The notes under the pieces are model-generated. The model did not search any database and was not told the origin of the DNA. It saw nothing but the letters and a program-made list of their open reading frames with translations. A stretch of DNA of 64,000 nt from contig BQFW01000008.1 in NCBI GenBank assembly GCA_020891255.1, positions 1,364,001-1,428,000 of the forward strand. Reading direction: 5' to 3'. Made by a program: the position numbers and the translations under genes. Origin of the DNA: Entomortierella parvispora E1425 (taxonomy: Eukaryota > Fungi > Mortierellomycota). Below, in pieces: positions 12,001-24,943 of this stretch; the first letter of the stretch is position 1, and each line of letters starts with the position of its first letter.

Positions 12001-15000
12001 TTTGCTGACTCGGATGGCCGTCCTCGCCCCAAGGTTTGTGCAAGCTCTTCCAGATGCCCCAGAACTTTGGCAAAAAGAGGACGATCAAAGAGAGCGCAGC
12101 GATAAAAAGTGTGCCCACGATTGAAATGTAGAAAGTGGCCAGGTAAAGATCCAAAGGAAAAGCCTGAGCGACAACGATGATGATGGCAAAGAAGAATACG
12201 TTGCTAGATTTGGAAAAAAAAATGAAAGCCCGGTCAGTCATTTTTGAAGAAGTTATAGCTTGAGCCCAATGGGCAATATGTCAAAGGACGACATGCTCTT
12301 ACTATAGCACGAGTGAAATCTGTCGCGCCTCATTCCAAAGAAAGACAACGTTTCTTGTCTTGAAGGCCAGGAATACACCAAAAAGAATCAACAGCGCGGG
12401 GATGATCGCAGCGGAGATCACCCACCAGACCTGAGTGTGAATTCCACGACAGCGGACCCATTGAAAAGCTCTAATGTTGATCATGTTGGGTTCGGGAGCA
12501 TCCACTATCATTTCGACCACCATTGGTATTGCTCCGAGAAAGACTCCAAGGGCAACATATCGGAGCAACAATCGAGTTTGAAACGCCTGATTGGAGACTG
12601 TGACGGAATTGAAGATTCGGTAAATACGGTAGTTCTTGACCGTCAGCGACCTAAAATATTATATACGATAGTATTAGCGAGAAAACGATTGGTCCCAAAG
12701 ATCAGTTGTAGGAGCGCGATGAGAGGCAGTTTACCCAGCGAGCAGCGTTACACCTATTGGGAGAATAAACGTCTGGGCGATGCAGATAGCTCGGTTTGGG
12801 ATGCCAATATGGAGTGCGCACCATATGAATACCAGCAAAATGCCAAACAGTTCACAAATGCAAAAGGTTGGACTTTGTGCAAGTAGACATAGAAGAAATG
12901 TTTGTTAGAGGACATTGCATCAGAATGTTTGTTAAAGCCATTGCATCAGTGACACAATTTCCAAGTCGAAACGCATATCTTTACCTTGAAGCCTTGATGA
13001 TGATATGGTTCCTGAAATAAATCACCAGCTCAGCGGAAATCAAGGTAGCAGCGATGCCTAAGCAACACAAGATTCCATAGATGACGCCACCCGCCCCCTT
13101 CCACCGAGGATTTTGGACTATCATGGAGGGATGGTCGAATGAGTACCGTCAGGTGTTTACGCTGGAAGTTTAAAACATCAGATCTCCTTCCTTTTTGTAC
13201 TTACTAGCCCAAGGTGGAGCGTCTTTTGGGATGTCTGGATGGGAATCCTTGAAGAATGGCTTTCTGATAGACGTGAAATTTCCAGAAAAGATGATGCCAA
13301 AATGTACAGGCTTTCCATCTCTCAGACTAAGAGCGACATAGTATCTAAAGAGTGTTGAACAATGAGAAGGTCAGGCTAAGGGGTAAAAAAAGTCGGAAGA
13401 CATCGTGTGAGGATTCTGTATGAGAAAGTAGTTACCCTTCTTTTCGATCGCCGTTTCCATCCAGGGTAATTGGGCCGGCTGGCCCCCTATACGGCTTGTC
13501 TCTAAAGGTTTCAGAGACAAGAACATCCTCTGTATGGTCGCCGGCTATGAGCTCTTGGATGAGGGGGCTATGAGGGATTTGAGTAGGGTCTGTGATAACC
13601 TCGTTGATAAGATCCGCATATGCATGCGCCAACATCATCACACAAGAATAGGCCATGCTTTCGTTGTTATCAACAGTGGGGTCTCCTGCTCCCGGGTACC
13701 TACGAAAAGTCAGAGCGGGAATATAGTTAGGACTGAGCTGTCAACAACCAAAAAAGCACCGAGTCGACTGATACACCCACTTACTCATCTGGGTTAAGCG
13801 TGAGCCATTTCTCTAGGAAGGCTTCGTACGGCTCGTACCCGTTCATCTCCCAGCCGTTGTCAACCATCATTAAACCATCAAAGTCCTGGACATCGGATTC
13901 CATACGAAGCTGAGATGAAATGTCGTTGACAGTAATCCAAGCGTAGTCGGCTGAAAACAATCCGAAAAGTCTAATATTCAATGACACCATTAGTCACGAT
14001 TCAAATAAAGTGGGGGTGGAGTTCAGGGCCACTTCAACTTGCCTCATCTGCTGCAACAGTTCATGCTGTTTTTTTCCAGTCGCGATGAGCACCTGAATAC
14101 GAGATTGAGAGGACTCGATTCGATCTCGGACAAACTTGTATGTGGGATCGAAAGGAACTCCTGCCGTCGAAAGGGGCTGGTATGCAAGAATGAAAATCCC
14201 CATCTTGGAAGCACGCGCTGAAAAGTACTCACGGCCTAGAGCAGTAACCAAAATGGCATGAGCGTGTTATGTTTCTTAGAAATACTGAATGGGTCCTCAA
14301 AGAGAGCTTTGTGCGCATGATCTCCCGAGGTCCTCTTACCTGCCCATCCCAATGTGTCAATGTCGTAGATCAGGGAAATTCGCTTCCAGCCCATGCTTCG
14401 GACAACATCAAGCATGGCGTCCAGAAGAATGATTGTGGTGGGGATGGTACGAAAAAAATATGGATACGTTCGTGAGTCGGAGAGAATCGTGTTTGCTAGT
14501 GGATAAGAGGACAAGATGTTTTTTGGGAGTCAGAGACAAAGAATACACTCGGCCTGCATTGAGCCATTTGATAGCATGGAATATGACTTGCCTGATGCAA
14601 ACGAGCACTGCGAAATTTGCACGCTGGAAGTCATCAGCGCCTCATAACGTGTTAGATCTGACCGGATATCTCCAATGACGCCGCTAACCTTTGTCGGAAG
14701 AAATGTGGCACAAGAGACGCAAGAGTCCATAGTTGGTTAGGATCTGCGTGCACTTGATCCGTGCAGTTAGAGAGGAAGCAGAGTGCCATAGTTGATTCAC
14801 AGACCTTTGCGCTGATCAGCTGTCCGGCCCCACTGATGGCTGCCGATCCTCCTGAGGACGAATACAAGCTAGGATCCTGGCTGTCACGAAGAATGATCGA
14901 CATATTCAATCCTGGGATAATCTGGTTCTCATTCACATCGTTTATGGCCATCCGGATCACCGACAGCGATTTCCGAACCATTGTTGCCTCTCTTTCCGTT

Positions 15001-15632
15001 GGCCCTGCATTCAAGTTCAGGAGCACACCCAGGCGCAGTGTCTCCATGTTTGGATCCCACATTGTTTCGTACTCGAAGTCTGTTAAAAGCCGTGGTTTGG
15101 TCGGTGGGCGTGGCAACTCTGTGGCCATGGGAGGCATGTAGGGTTGTGTCCTGGTATAGGAAAACGATGATGTTTCTTCAGTGCTGGAGATCTCAGTCGT
15201 GCTTGCAACATTGCTAGTTGGCAGGCCTGTCTGAGTTGGGGCAGGACCGGCCGTCTCTGTTGACCACGGTGGGAGCTGCCTTCTTTCATGTCGTTGCTTT
15301 GCAATCAATGTTGGTGCAGACCAAGAAGAACCCCTTTCGTTGCGCCGAGAATCACCCAATAAGGGTTGGCTATTACCGAGGAGAATATGATCAGTGGGGC
15401 GAGCAGCACCTGTGAAGCGAGAGGTTGAGGTGGGGTGAAGGGAGTTTGAGGCAACGGAAATGGCGACAATGACTTCGAGACAGGTCATGGTGACCGCCAG
15501 ACAACCCACATTGGGCCAGTGCCTCTTTTTAGTCCTGTGGCGCGTTGGAAGGCGCATAGGTGGATGGCCTTTGAAGAGTCGGAAGGTATGTGAAGATACA
15601 GGTGCTGGATCAACCGTAACGGGCAGCAGCAT
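9042..15632 (-). CDS. Class C (GABA-B-like) GPCR: Venus-flytrap/ANF ectodomain, 7tm_3 domain and a very long cytoplasmic tail; about 14 exons, about 1780 aa
   Basis: N-terminal hydrophobic segment; LRLGVLL...IRMAINDVN...VSGVIGDIRS...QCSFAS|ANTILSDSRTYPYFFRT (ANF receptor pattern); TM1 followed by FRNHIIIKASSPTF; GSLTVKNYRIYRIFN; GVFLAFKTRNV...WNEARQI (7tm_3 hallmarks). Exons 11402-12203, 11288-11302, 11095-11205 and 9042-10976 join in frame. The start codon is uncertain. Confidence 0.88.
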
Positions 15633-16940
15633 GCAACAGCCTGCAACTGGCAGGAGGCAAACAGCAAGAGAGTTTTGACTGGACCCAGTAGTCCACAGCG
15701 CAAGCAGGGGACGAGGACGCGGCGGAAACAGATAGATCCGACAGAGAAGTAAGGACGCGAGGACAAAAACAAAAAATGTCAGCGCCTAGACAAAGGTGAG
15801 TGAGGTTGATTGAACGAATGCAATGGAATGGAATGGAATGAGGGTAATGAGAAGGTGATGAGAGTGCGCAGAATCGAGACCTCCCAAGCGAGACCAGACT
15901 GGAGACCCGCGCACAGGACGGACGGTCGCCAGGCAGGCAGGCAGGCAGGCAGGACAGAAAGCCAGGGATGGCGCGTCTCTCTTTCTACATGCATTTAGAC
16001 AGGGAGTGGGCGATCTGCTTCTTTGCTTTGTTGTCTCTAGTCTCAGACCTGGTACCAGATTTTTTTTTTTATTTTTTTTATTTTTTTTTTTTATTTTTTA
16101 TTTGCCTTGTCTTGCTGTCTGTTTGGTCTGTTGTTGGTCTGCCTCTTTGTCATCATCTCTCCGTCTTTGTCCTTCTAGAGTGGATGGACAAGACGACGAA
16201 CGCGTCTATGAGCGAAAAAGAGAGCAAGTGCGTAGAATCAACTGAAAGCGAATAGGAATCCCCGGAAGGTTGCAACCCAGGCAGGAAAGATGGCTGGGTC
16301 TCGAGTCTGTCCGTGTCTGTCTGTGAGCAGACACGCTCGCACGGGTCGGGATCAGACCTGGCAGAGCTGAGGAGAGAGGCAGAACAGACAAGACAGACAG
16401 GGTACCGGTACAGGAAAGCAGGCAGACAGGTAATGGAGGACCGAGACTTCGGAAGATGGGTCGATCGAAGAAACGGCTGCCAGAAGGAGGAGGGGGTTGA
16501 CCATCTCCGATATGATTCAATCATAGTATGTATTCATTCATTCAATTCAATAATGCACTGAGTGTGTGATTCAGAGGGATGACAACCCGCACCCTTTGCA
16601 ACCGCCCAACAATTCCCCTTTATTTCCTTGCACAGTTTCCAGTCACCCACCCTTGACTCGTCCTTCTCTCTCGTCCCTGTCGCGACAGGATCGTCATTTC
16701 TTCTTCTTTCTCTCCTTCTTTCTTTTCTCTCCTCTCTTTCTCTTTTCTTTTCTACACTCTCACGCTCTCTTTCCTCACCTTCATTTGCCTCTATCGCCGC
16801 CCCCCCCCCCCCCCTCCTTCTTCCTTTTCTTTTCTTTTTCTTACTCTCTTCCCCCTCTCTTTTCTCCATTCTCGTTTCCGTTTCCTTACTTTCTCCGCTC
16901 TTTCCTTTCGTGCAACCAAGAACATATATCCACTCAGGCC

Positions 16941-19900
16941 ATGGTTCACGAGCAAGAATACTCGGTCGACACGATCCGTCGCTCGACCACTGGCAAGCCC
17001 GATGATGTCCTCAAGAAGGTCATGGTGGCTAATCGAGGCGAGATTGCTATCCGTGTTTTCCGCTCCGCCCACGAGCTCTCCATGAAGACCGTTGCCCTTT
17101 TCTCTCATGAGGACAGACTCAGCATGCATCGCTACAAGGTAAGCCAGAACGCCAAGTCAAAAGCGCAGAACCGATGGGCAGCCGTCATACGGACAAAAAA
17201 AAAGATACAAGAGGAAAGAGCGTTTGCTGAGGTGGTGTCACCGGAGAAAAGAGGCTGCTTTGCGACGCCTCGTTAGGAGGGAATGGGTCTCAGTCTTCCT
17301 CTTTGGGGGACTAGGTCCGAACACGAAAAGGGAGAGAGAGTGAGGCTGGTCAGACCACGAAGCAATGTTGGCACAAAGTGAAAGATTGCTGCCCAAAGAA
17401 GTGCATGCGCAAAATGCGGGGTTAGAGTTTCTCTGGTGTGTATATCATGAAAATGTAATGAAAACGAGGCGAGGGAGTCAGAGAGAGTTTGGACGAGTAA
17501 GGAAAAGTCACCGAGAGATGGCCATGACGAGAGCCGGACGAGATGAAGTGGGTTTTCTGTGACTCTTTTTTTTTTTTTTTTTTTTTTTTTGTTCGCTCTC
17601 TTGTCAGTTTTTTTTTTTACTTTATTATCCATCAGGGCCCTCCTTTGAGTTGGGTCCTGTGATAAAGACGCCGATTGTGTGGCAATCAATCGATAGCAAG
17701 ATTGGAGATAGCAAGCCCTCGAGCTTGTGCCTCCTCTGGTATCATTGTTCTTTATCAGTGGGGAGATCGGTTATCATTCTCAACCTTGCCTGCTCGTGTA
17801 CTTTTGATCTCCACACCCCCAGTCTTTCACTTGATCGCGCTGTCACCTGGGCATGTTTTTGTTCGTTGGTGCCTGATCAATTTGAATCTTGCTACTTTTT
17901 GTACCTCCTGTGGGAACTTTTTTTTTGCCCTCTTACTTTTGACGATACTCTAGCTTCTTTGGCCTGGACCAAAAAGGAGCAAGGGCCGATCCCACTTCGG
18001 ATACGACCCAATTGCCTTAAAGCACACTACTGACAGAGCCACAACGTCATCGCCCTTCTCTTGCACTTTACTTCTCTTCACTAGGCCGATGAAGCCTACC
18101 AGATCGGAGACCCCAGCAAGTTCACCCCCGTCGCTGCTTACCTTGCCCAGGATGAGATCATTCGCATCGCCAAGCTTCATGACGTTTCCATGATCCACCC
18201 AGGTTACGGCTTCCTCAGTGAGAACGCTGGATTTGCTCAAAAGTGTGCCGACAACGGCATTGCGTTTGTTGGACCGGATGCACATGTCATCGAATCTCTC
18301 GGAGACAAGACCAAAGCTCGCGACATTGGTACGACAACCACAAAAGAAAAGACGGAAAAAAGAATGCATCGGACTCGCAATGGGTCACGTCAATGTCTCT
18401 GATCCCAGAACTAACTCGTTTTATCCGATTAGCTATTGCCGCCGGAGTTCCTATTGTGCCTGGCACCCCAGGACCCATTCATTCCATCAAGGAAGCCGAG
18501 GCTTTTGTTAAAGGTATTACACGTGCAAATTATACCATCACAGCCACAAAGTCTTGGCTACTAACGAACACCTTTTTGACCATGGTAGAATATGGCTTCC
18601 CCGTTATCATCAAGGCTGCTATGGGAGGTGGTGGCCGCGGAATGCGTGTTGTTCGCTCCCAAGCCGAGTTTGCCGAGGGATTCGAACGTGCCACCTCCGA
18701 AGCTAAGCAGGCTTTCGGTGACGGAACTGTATTCATTGAGCGATTCTTGGACAAGCCTCGTCACATTGAGGTTCAGCTTTTGGCCGATAGTGCAGGAAAT
18801 GTGATCCACTTGTTTGAGCGCGATTGCTCAGTTCAGCGTCGTCATCAAAAAGTCGTCGAGATTGCGCCTGCGAAATCATTGACGCCCTCAGTCAGAGACG
18901 CCATCTTGAACGATGCCATCAAACTCGCCAAGCATGTGAAGTACAAGAACGCAGGAACAGCCGAGTTCTTGGTCGATCAACAGGATCGCCACTACTTTAT
19001 CGAGATCAACCCCCGTATCCAAGTCGAGCACACGATCACAGGTACATGCCACCAATGGAGCTTGGTCATTTGAGTGAGAAAAGTACATCATTAATACTAA
19101 CACGACTTGTAACCCCCCTGCAGAGGAAATCACGGGCATTGACATTGTTGCGGCGCAGATTCAAATCGCCGCGGGCATTCTCCTTCCAGAGCTCGGATTG
19201 ACCCAAGACAAAATCCAGATTCGCGGATTCGCGATCCAGTGCCGAGTCACTACGGAGGATCCAGCTCAAAACTTCCAGCCCGATACTGGAAAAATCGAGG
19301 TCTACCGCTCTGCCGGTGGTAATGGTGTGCGCTTGGATGGTGGACAAGGTTTTGTTGGCGCAGTCATCACTCCCCACTACGACTCCTTGCTGGTCAAGGT
19401 CACCTGCTCAGGAGCAACTTACGAGTTGGCTCGTCGCAAGGTCGTACGAGCCTTGGTCGAATTCCGCATTCGTGGTGTCAAGACCAACATTCCTTTCGTG
19501 CAGCGCTTGATCACACATCAAACCTTCATTGAGGGCAAGTGCTGGACCACCTTTATTGACGACACCCCTGGCCTCTTTAACCTTGTCAAGCAGCTTAACC
19601 GTGCCCAAAAACTGCTTGCATATCTCGGAGATGTTGCCGTCAATGGACCCAGCATTGCTGGCCAAATTGTAAGTTTAATGAACAAATGACAGAATCATGT
19701 TTGTAATGACAAGGACATCCTCTTACTAAGTTGCATTTTCTCATTCCTTTAGGGCGAACCTCTTTTGAAGAAGGAGCTGTTGATCCCAGCCCTGTCCTCA
19801 AAGATCGATTCCACTCAAGCCGTCGATGTCTCTGCTGTGCCAACCACTGGATGGCGCAAGGTCTTCTTGGAAAAGGGCGCTGAGGGCTTTGCAAAGGCCG

Positions 19901-21854
19901 TTCGTGCATACCCAGGCGTATTGATCATGGATACTACCTGGCGAGATGCTCACCAGAGTTTGTTGGCAACTCGTGTCCGAACCATTGGTAAGAACTTGCA
20001 CAAATATCTATCAGAGGCACAGGAGAGCCAGTACTGCAAACTGTCGCTAATCGCAACTCAATTTATCATGCAGACTTGATGAACATTGCCCCTACGACTG
20101 CCCATGCGTTCTCGAACGCATTTGCACTGGAGATGTGGGGAGGAGCCACCTTTGATGTTGCGATGCGTTTCTTGTACGAGGATCCTTGGGATCGTCTGAT
20201 CCAGCTCCGCAAGCTTGTCCCCAACATTCCATTCCAGATGCTCTTCCGTGGTGCAAACGCTGTCGGCTACACCAGCTACCCAGACAACGTTATTTACGAC
20301 TTTTGCGCAAAGGCGGTTCAAAGCGGCATGGATATCTTCCGTATCTTTGACAGTTTGAACTACATTGAAAACATGCGTCTCGGTATCAAGGCCGTCAAGG
20401 CTGCTGGAGGTATTGTGGAGGCCGCCGTCTGCTACACCGGCGATGTTTCGGACCCCACTCGCACCAAACACAACTTGGAGTACTATCTCAACTTTGTGCA
20501 AGAGTTGGTCAACGAAGGTATCCACATCCTTGCCATTAAGGATATGGCTGGTCTCTTGAAGCCTGCTGCCGCTACTATCCTTGTTGGCGCGATCCGCAAG
20601 CGATTCCCCGATCTCCCCATCCACATGCACACACACGACACTGCTGGAACTGGTGTCGCCTCTATGCTGGCTGCCGCTGCTGCTGGTGCTGATGTTGTGG
20701 ACTTGGCCATCGATGTCATGTCGGGTATTACTTCCCAACCCTCCATGGGCGCCGTCGTCTCTGCTCTTGAGCATACCGAGCTCGGCACCGGCATTCGTCA
20801 GGAGGACGTTATTGCCATCAACAGCTACTGGGAGCAGGCACGTCTCTTGTACTCTGGATTCGAAGCCAATGTCCGTGCCGCCGACTCTGGTGTTTACCAG
20901 CACGAGATGCCTGGTGGTCAGTACACCAACTTGATGTTCCAGGCCCAACAACTTGGACTTGGTACTCAATGGAACGAGATCAAGAAGGCCTACATTGCTG
21001 CCAACCAACTCTGCGGTGATATTGTCAAGGTGACACCTTCGTCCAAGGTTGTTGGAGACTTGGCTCAGTTTATGGTCTCAAACTCGTTGAACTTTGACGA
21101 TGTGACGGAAAGAGCTTCGTCCTTGAACTTCCCCACCAGTGTGGTCGAGTTCTTCCAGGGCTACCTTGGTCAACCCTATGGAGGCTTCCCTGAGCCTCTT
21201 CGCACTGCCATCATTCGCGGATTGCCCCGTATTAATGGTCGTCCTGGAGCAGACATGGGCGAGTTTGATCTGGTTGGATTGAAGACGGAGCTGACCAAGA
21301 AGTACGGCAAGTCCATTCGCGATGTGGATGTGTCCTCAGCTGCAATCTACCCCAAGGTCTTTGAGGATTACCGTCAAAAGCTCGAGTTGTACGGTGACCT
21401 GTCTGTTTTGCCTACGCGTTACTTCCTCAGCAAGCTGGAGGTGGGCGAGGAGGTCAATGTCGAGATTGAGAAGGGCAAGACCTTGATCATCAAGCTCTTG
21501 GCTGTGGGACCCATCAATGGCGCCGGTAGACGCGATGTGTTCTTTGAGCTCAATGGTGAGGGACGTAATGTGGGTGTTCAGGACAACAACGCAGCAGTGG
21601 AGCACACTGCTCGCGAACGTGCTGATACAAGCAAGCCTGGTGACATTGGTGCACCTATGTCTGGAGTGGTTGTTGAGATTCGCGTGAAGCAGGGCACAGT
21701 TGTGAACGTTGGAGACCCCATCTGCATTCTTTCTGCGATGAAGATGGAGACCGTCGTGTCCGCACCTGTGGCCGGCAGAGTCGAATATGTCCCCATCAAG
21801 CAGAGTGACTCTTTGTCAAGCGGCGACCTCGTGGCTCGCATCGTCCATGCTTAA
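16941..21854 (+). CDS. PYC: Pyruvate carboxylase (exons 16941-17138, 18085-18328, 18433-18513, 18589-19041, 19124-19668, 19753-19987, 20074-21854)
   Basis: Biotin carboxylase motifs [44 protein letters not shown]; carboxyltransferase motifs [37 protein letters not shown]; biotinylation site AMKM. Confidence 0.98.
17566..17590. repeat. Poly(T)25 tract within the long first intron of pyruvate carboxylase
   Basis: Read directly from the sequence. Confidence 0.9.
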
Positions 21855-23646
21855 ACGCACAACATTTCCTCTCTTTGTACCTTCTTTTCTTTTTTACACT
21901 TCATTCTATTTCTTCATCCCCAACAACAAGCGAGGGAACCAAAAAGATTTTTATTAAAATAAATACCCAGCCATATTCTCGTTGAAGCAGATTTTGAACA
22001 GGAAAAAAAGCAGACGAGCCCTGACCCAGGCAGCAAAGGACAAAGTGACTCACGACTCAACTGGCTTTTTGACTTTTATGACAACGGAGTCAATGCCCGA
22101 GTTAGATCGGATGGAAAATGGAAATCGAATTGTGCCCACGGACTCGCGTCGGAGTCGGCATGTGTCTGTAACCTTGTCCCGGATGTGTCCTGTCCTTCAC
22201 TCTAATAGACACAAGCAAGGGCCCCGCACGTTCCCGACTCTGTTCAATCACGCCATTGTCCATCCAGCAGCAGAGAGAGAGGCTCTCCACTCGAGCCCAT
22301 TCCCCAACAGGACAGACCCCAGGTTTTATTTTAAAAAACGTGCGAGTCCCTTTACCTTTTTTTTTCTATTTTCGCCGTTTCTTTCTTCGTTATTTCCTGG
22401 CAAAGAATGCTTAATTCTTCCCACGGGGTAACCATTCCTTTCTTTCATTCTTTTCCCTCATAGTTTTTTTTAGTTTGGTGGCAACAACACTCTAGACCAT
22501 GCCTGGAATGGGAAGAACCCAACTGCAGTGAGCGCGTGTGCTAGATCTGAGCTGCATCTGCTGACTGGGTGCTTGGGTACCCCTGCAACAGTTAGACGAG
22601 TTTCGAATCCTACCAAACCTGCTACAGTTGTTGGCAGATATGTGTTTTGCGTTGAATGGACTTGATCTCACCTTTCCAAAAACTTGCTGGTGCTTTGATC
22701 ATCGGGCGGGGGCGCAGGTCTTGTTCAGCATGTTCGCCCTCACCTTGGATATCGTGAATGACATAACTAATCGGCTGGAAAAACACACACTTGCAGACAA
22801 CTACAGCCTGATCACATAACGTACTTTCTTCAAAAAAAACGAAGGTGCAGAGGAGAATAAAAAGAAAGCTGGCCCTCTTGTTTGATCTTTTTCTCATCCA
22901 AGAGACCCAAAACAGCATCATATCCCCATTCGGCCTCTTCTAATTGCAGCAACTGCGACCACGACCTCCACCTATATCTCTATCACCCCACTAGCAACCA
23001 CCGACACCGCCTTGCGTAGGTCGAAATGGACTTTATAGTCGTCAACTTGACTTTAGACTCACCTCACCATGTCTTGCAATTTCGACAAAATATTCGACCT
23101 GAGGAACCCAATGCAGCCATTGTAGCCGAGTTTCAGAGGCTCGATGATCATGTCCACTTTTGTGAAACTGGAGGAACGGACGGTAATGTCACGGTGACAG
23201 TTCTCCAGTCCACGAACCCAGACTGGCCTACCGTTGTCAGAAGCGCCAGAAGAATCGTGTACAACCTGGTTATAACTGAGGTTATTTTTGCTTTCACTTC
23301 AGGATTTTATTGCTACAAATAGGAGATCTTTGTCAATAGAAGATCGCTGTTGCAGTTGTTTTTTTTCTTTTTTTTTCAATGAAGACTTTGGCAGTATGGA
23401 TTTTTTTTTCTTATTCAGCTATCGACTGTATTAATACTGCTCATTTTGTGCGATGATCCCGATGCCGTATCGTCGCCATCTTGAGCTTTGTTTCTTCTCC
23501 CCTTGACCATTGAAAATAAACCCCTCCTTCCATTCAAAGTTCCTCTCCGGGGGAGATAAAAAAAAAAAAAAAAAATGTTCATTTTACTTTCATTAGTTCC
23601 TAGTCCCTGTCGAATGGTCGGGGAGGGGTTGGTTGGTTCTATTGAT

Positions 23647-24811
23647 TTAATCATCATCAGAGCCATCGGGTCCAAACTTGGTGTAGTCGACCCTAGCGCC
23701 ACGCGTTCTTCTGCTTCCTGTGATAATGTTGCTGGTGTCGATTGCGACCTCGTCTATTTTCAGGAATATTCAATAAATGATCAGATATAATAATTGGAGG
23801 GGAAACAACATCAAAAAAGATTCCTGTCCAACTCGCTCCACAGATATGGAAAAGAAATAAACAGCGAAAACAGAAAGAAAAAAAAATAAAATAAAAATAA
23901 AAAAAAAGACTTACCACCAGAACCCTCGGACTCACTGACAACAGAGAGAGCATCACTGTCCTCGTCTTCGCTATCGGATCCCTTCTTCTTCTTCTTTTGA
24001 GGCTTGGAAGACTTTGAGGAAGACTTCTTCTTGGGGGGTGGCGAACGACGGGAGGACGACTTCTTAACAGGGGCTGACGACTTTTTCTTCTTGGCGGGGC
24101 GACCGGAATCATCAGAGTCCACATCTGAAAAGTCTTCCGAGATATCGCTCTCGACATCATCGTCCTCTTCGTCATCAATAATATCGTCGTCATCCTCGGA
24201 GTCTATCGAGGCAGAAAATGCATAAAAAAATAAAATGAAAAACACGCAGCCACTAGGGTTAGTGAAAACACAAAAAAAACCCGACTTGGACGACCTTGTG
24301 TTTTTTTCAAACATTGGAAGGGTCAGTCTATTGCTGTCAATTTTTTCCTTTTTTTCTTCGTTACCATAGACAGGCTTCTTGCTTGGCTTGCCGGACAAGG
24401 AGTTGCCCTTTCCAGGGAACTTTGAGGACGAAGACTTGCTGCTGCTGGAGGACTTTGACTCTGGCTTTTTGGCAGGAGCAGCCCTGATGGAGATTGATTC
24501 AAAGAGAGACAAAGAAAGGGGTTGTGTCAATGAATGAACGATTGGACGCGTGTGAATCAAAAGTATCTCCTTGTGCGTAAACACTGGAGTCCTGATTGGA
24601 GAGTCTGACAGTCAGTCCATCGACATCCATTCCCGGTCCAGATGCTAGTTCCAAGATGAGCGTTCCCTGCCTAGTCGCGATGAAACAGACTAGCAGACAG
24701 GCAGGACAGGCAGGACAGGGTAGACGAGCTTTACTTGGGAGCAGCGGCTTCGCTGGTGCGCTTGGCGGCAAGGGCCTCAAGCTTTCTCTTTCGCTCAGCG
24801 GGGTCAGACAT
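23647..24811 (-). CDS. Acidic/Lys-rich protein with C-terminal CHZ histone-chaperone motif (Chz1/HIRIP3-like), about 196 aa (exons 24735-24811, 24365-24483, 23915-24202, 23647-23753)
   Basis: Last exon DEVAIDTSNIITGSRRTRGARVDYTKFG matches the CHZ motif (ID.SNII.GRRTRG..+DY). The rest is D/E- and K/S-rich low complexity. Splice phases are consistent. Confidence 0.8.
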
Positions 24812-24903
24812 TGTGGGATGGATGCGGTGGGGAGAGGGTGAAAAGGGGAGAAAGAAAGGATGAGGATGAGGAGACGGACGGCACACCTCGCACAGCACAC
24901 TCA

Positions 24904-24943
24904 CACACAACACACAACACACAACACACAACACACAACACAC
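24904..24943. repeat. (CACACAA)n microsatellite, 5+ copies, in the divergent CHZ/PPR intergenic region
   Basis: Read directly from the sequence. Confidence 0.9.

Noticed and set aside
15700-16940. Multiple 60-240-aa ORFs in the GPCR/PYC divergent region; similar ORFs at 24811-25500, 33150-35400, 39200-40100 and 41350-42000
   Set aside because: They are translations of purine/pyrimidine tracts and microsatellites (poly-F/L/S or K/R/E) typical of promoters and UTRs.
16260-16940. CGG/CCG triplets upstream of PYC as possible sites for the RDS2-like factor in this window
   Set aside because: I found no convincing CCG-N7-CCG direct repeat. Isolated triplets are expected by chance.
20058-21008. 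316-aa antisense ORF inside pyruvate carboxylase
   Set aside because: It mirrors the sense frame of a highly codon-biased gene, which suppresses antisense stops. No recognisable motifs.
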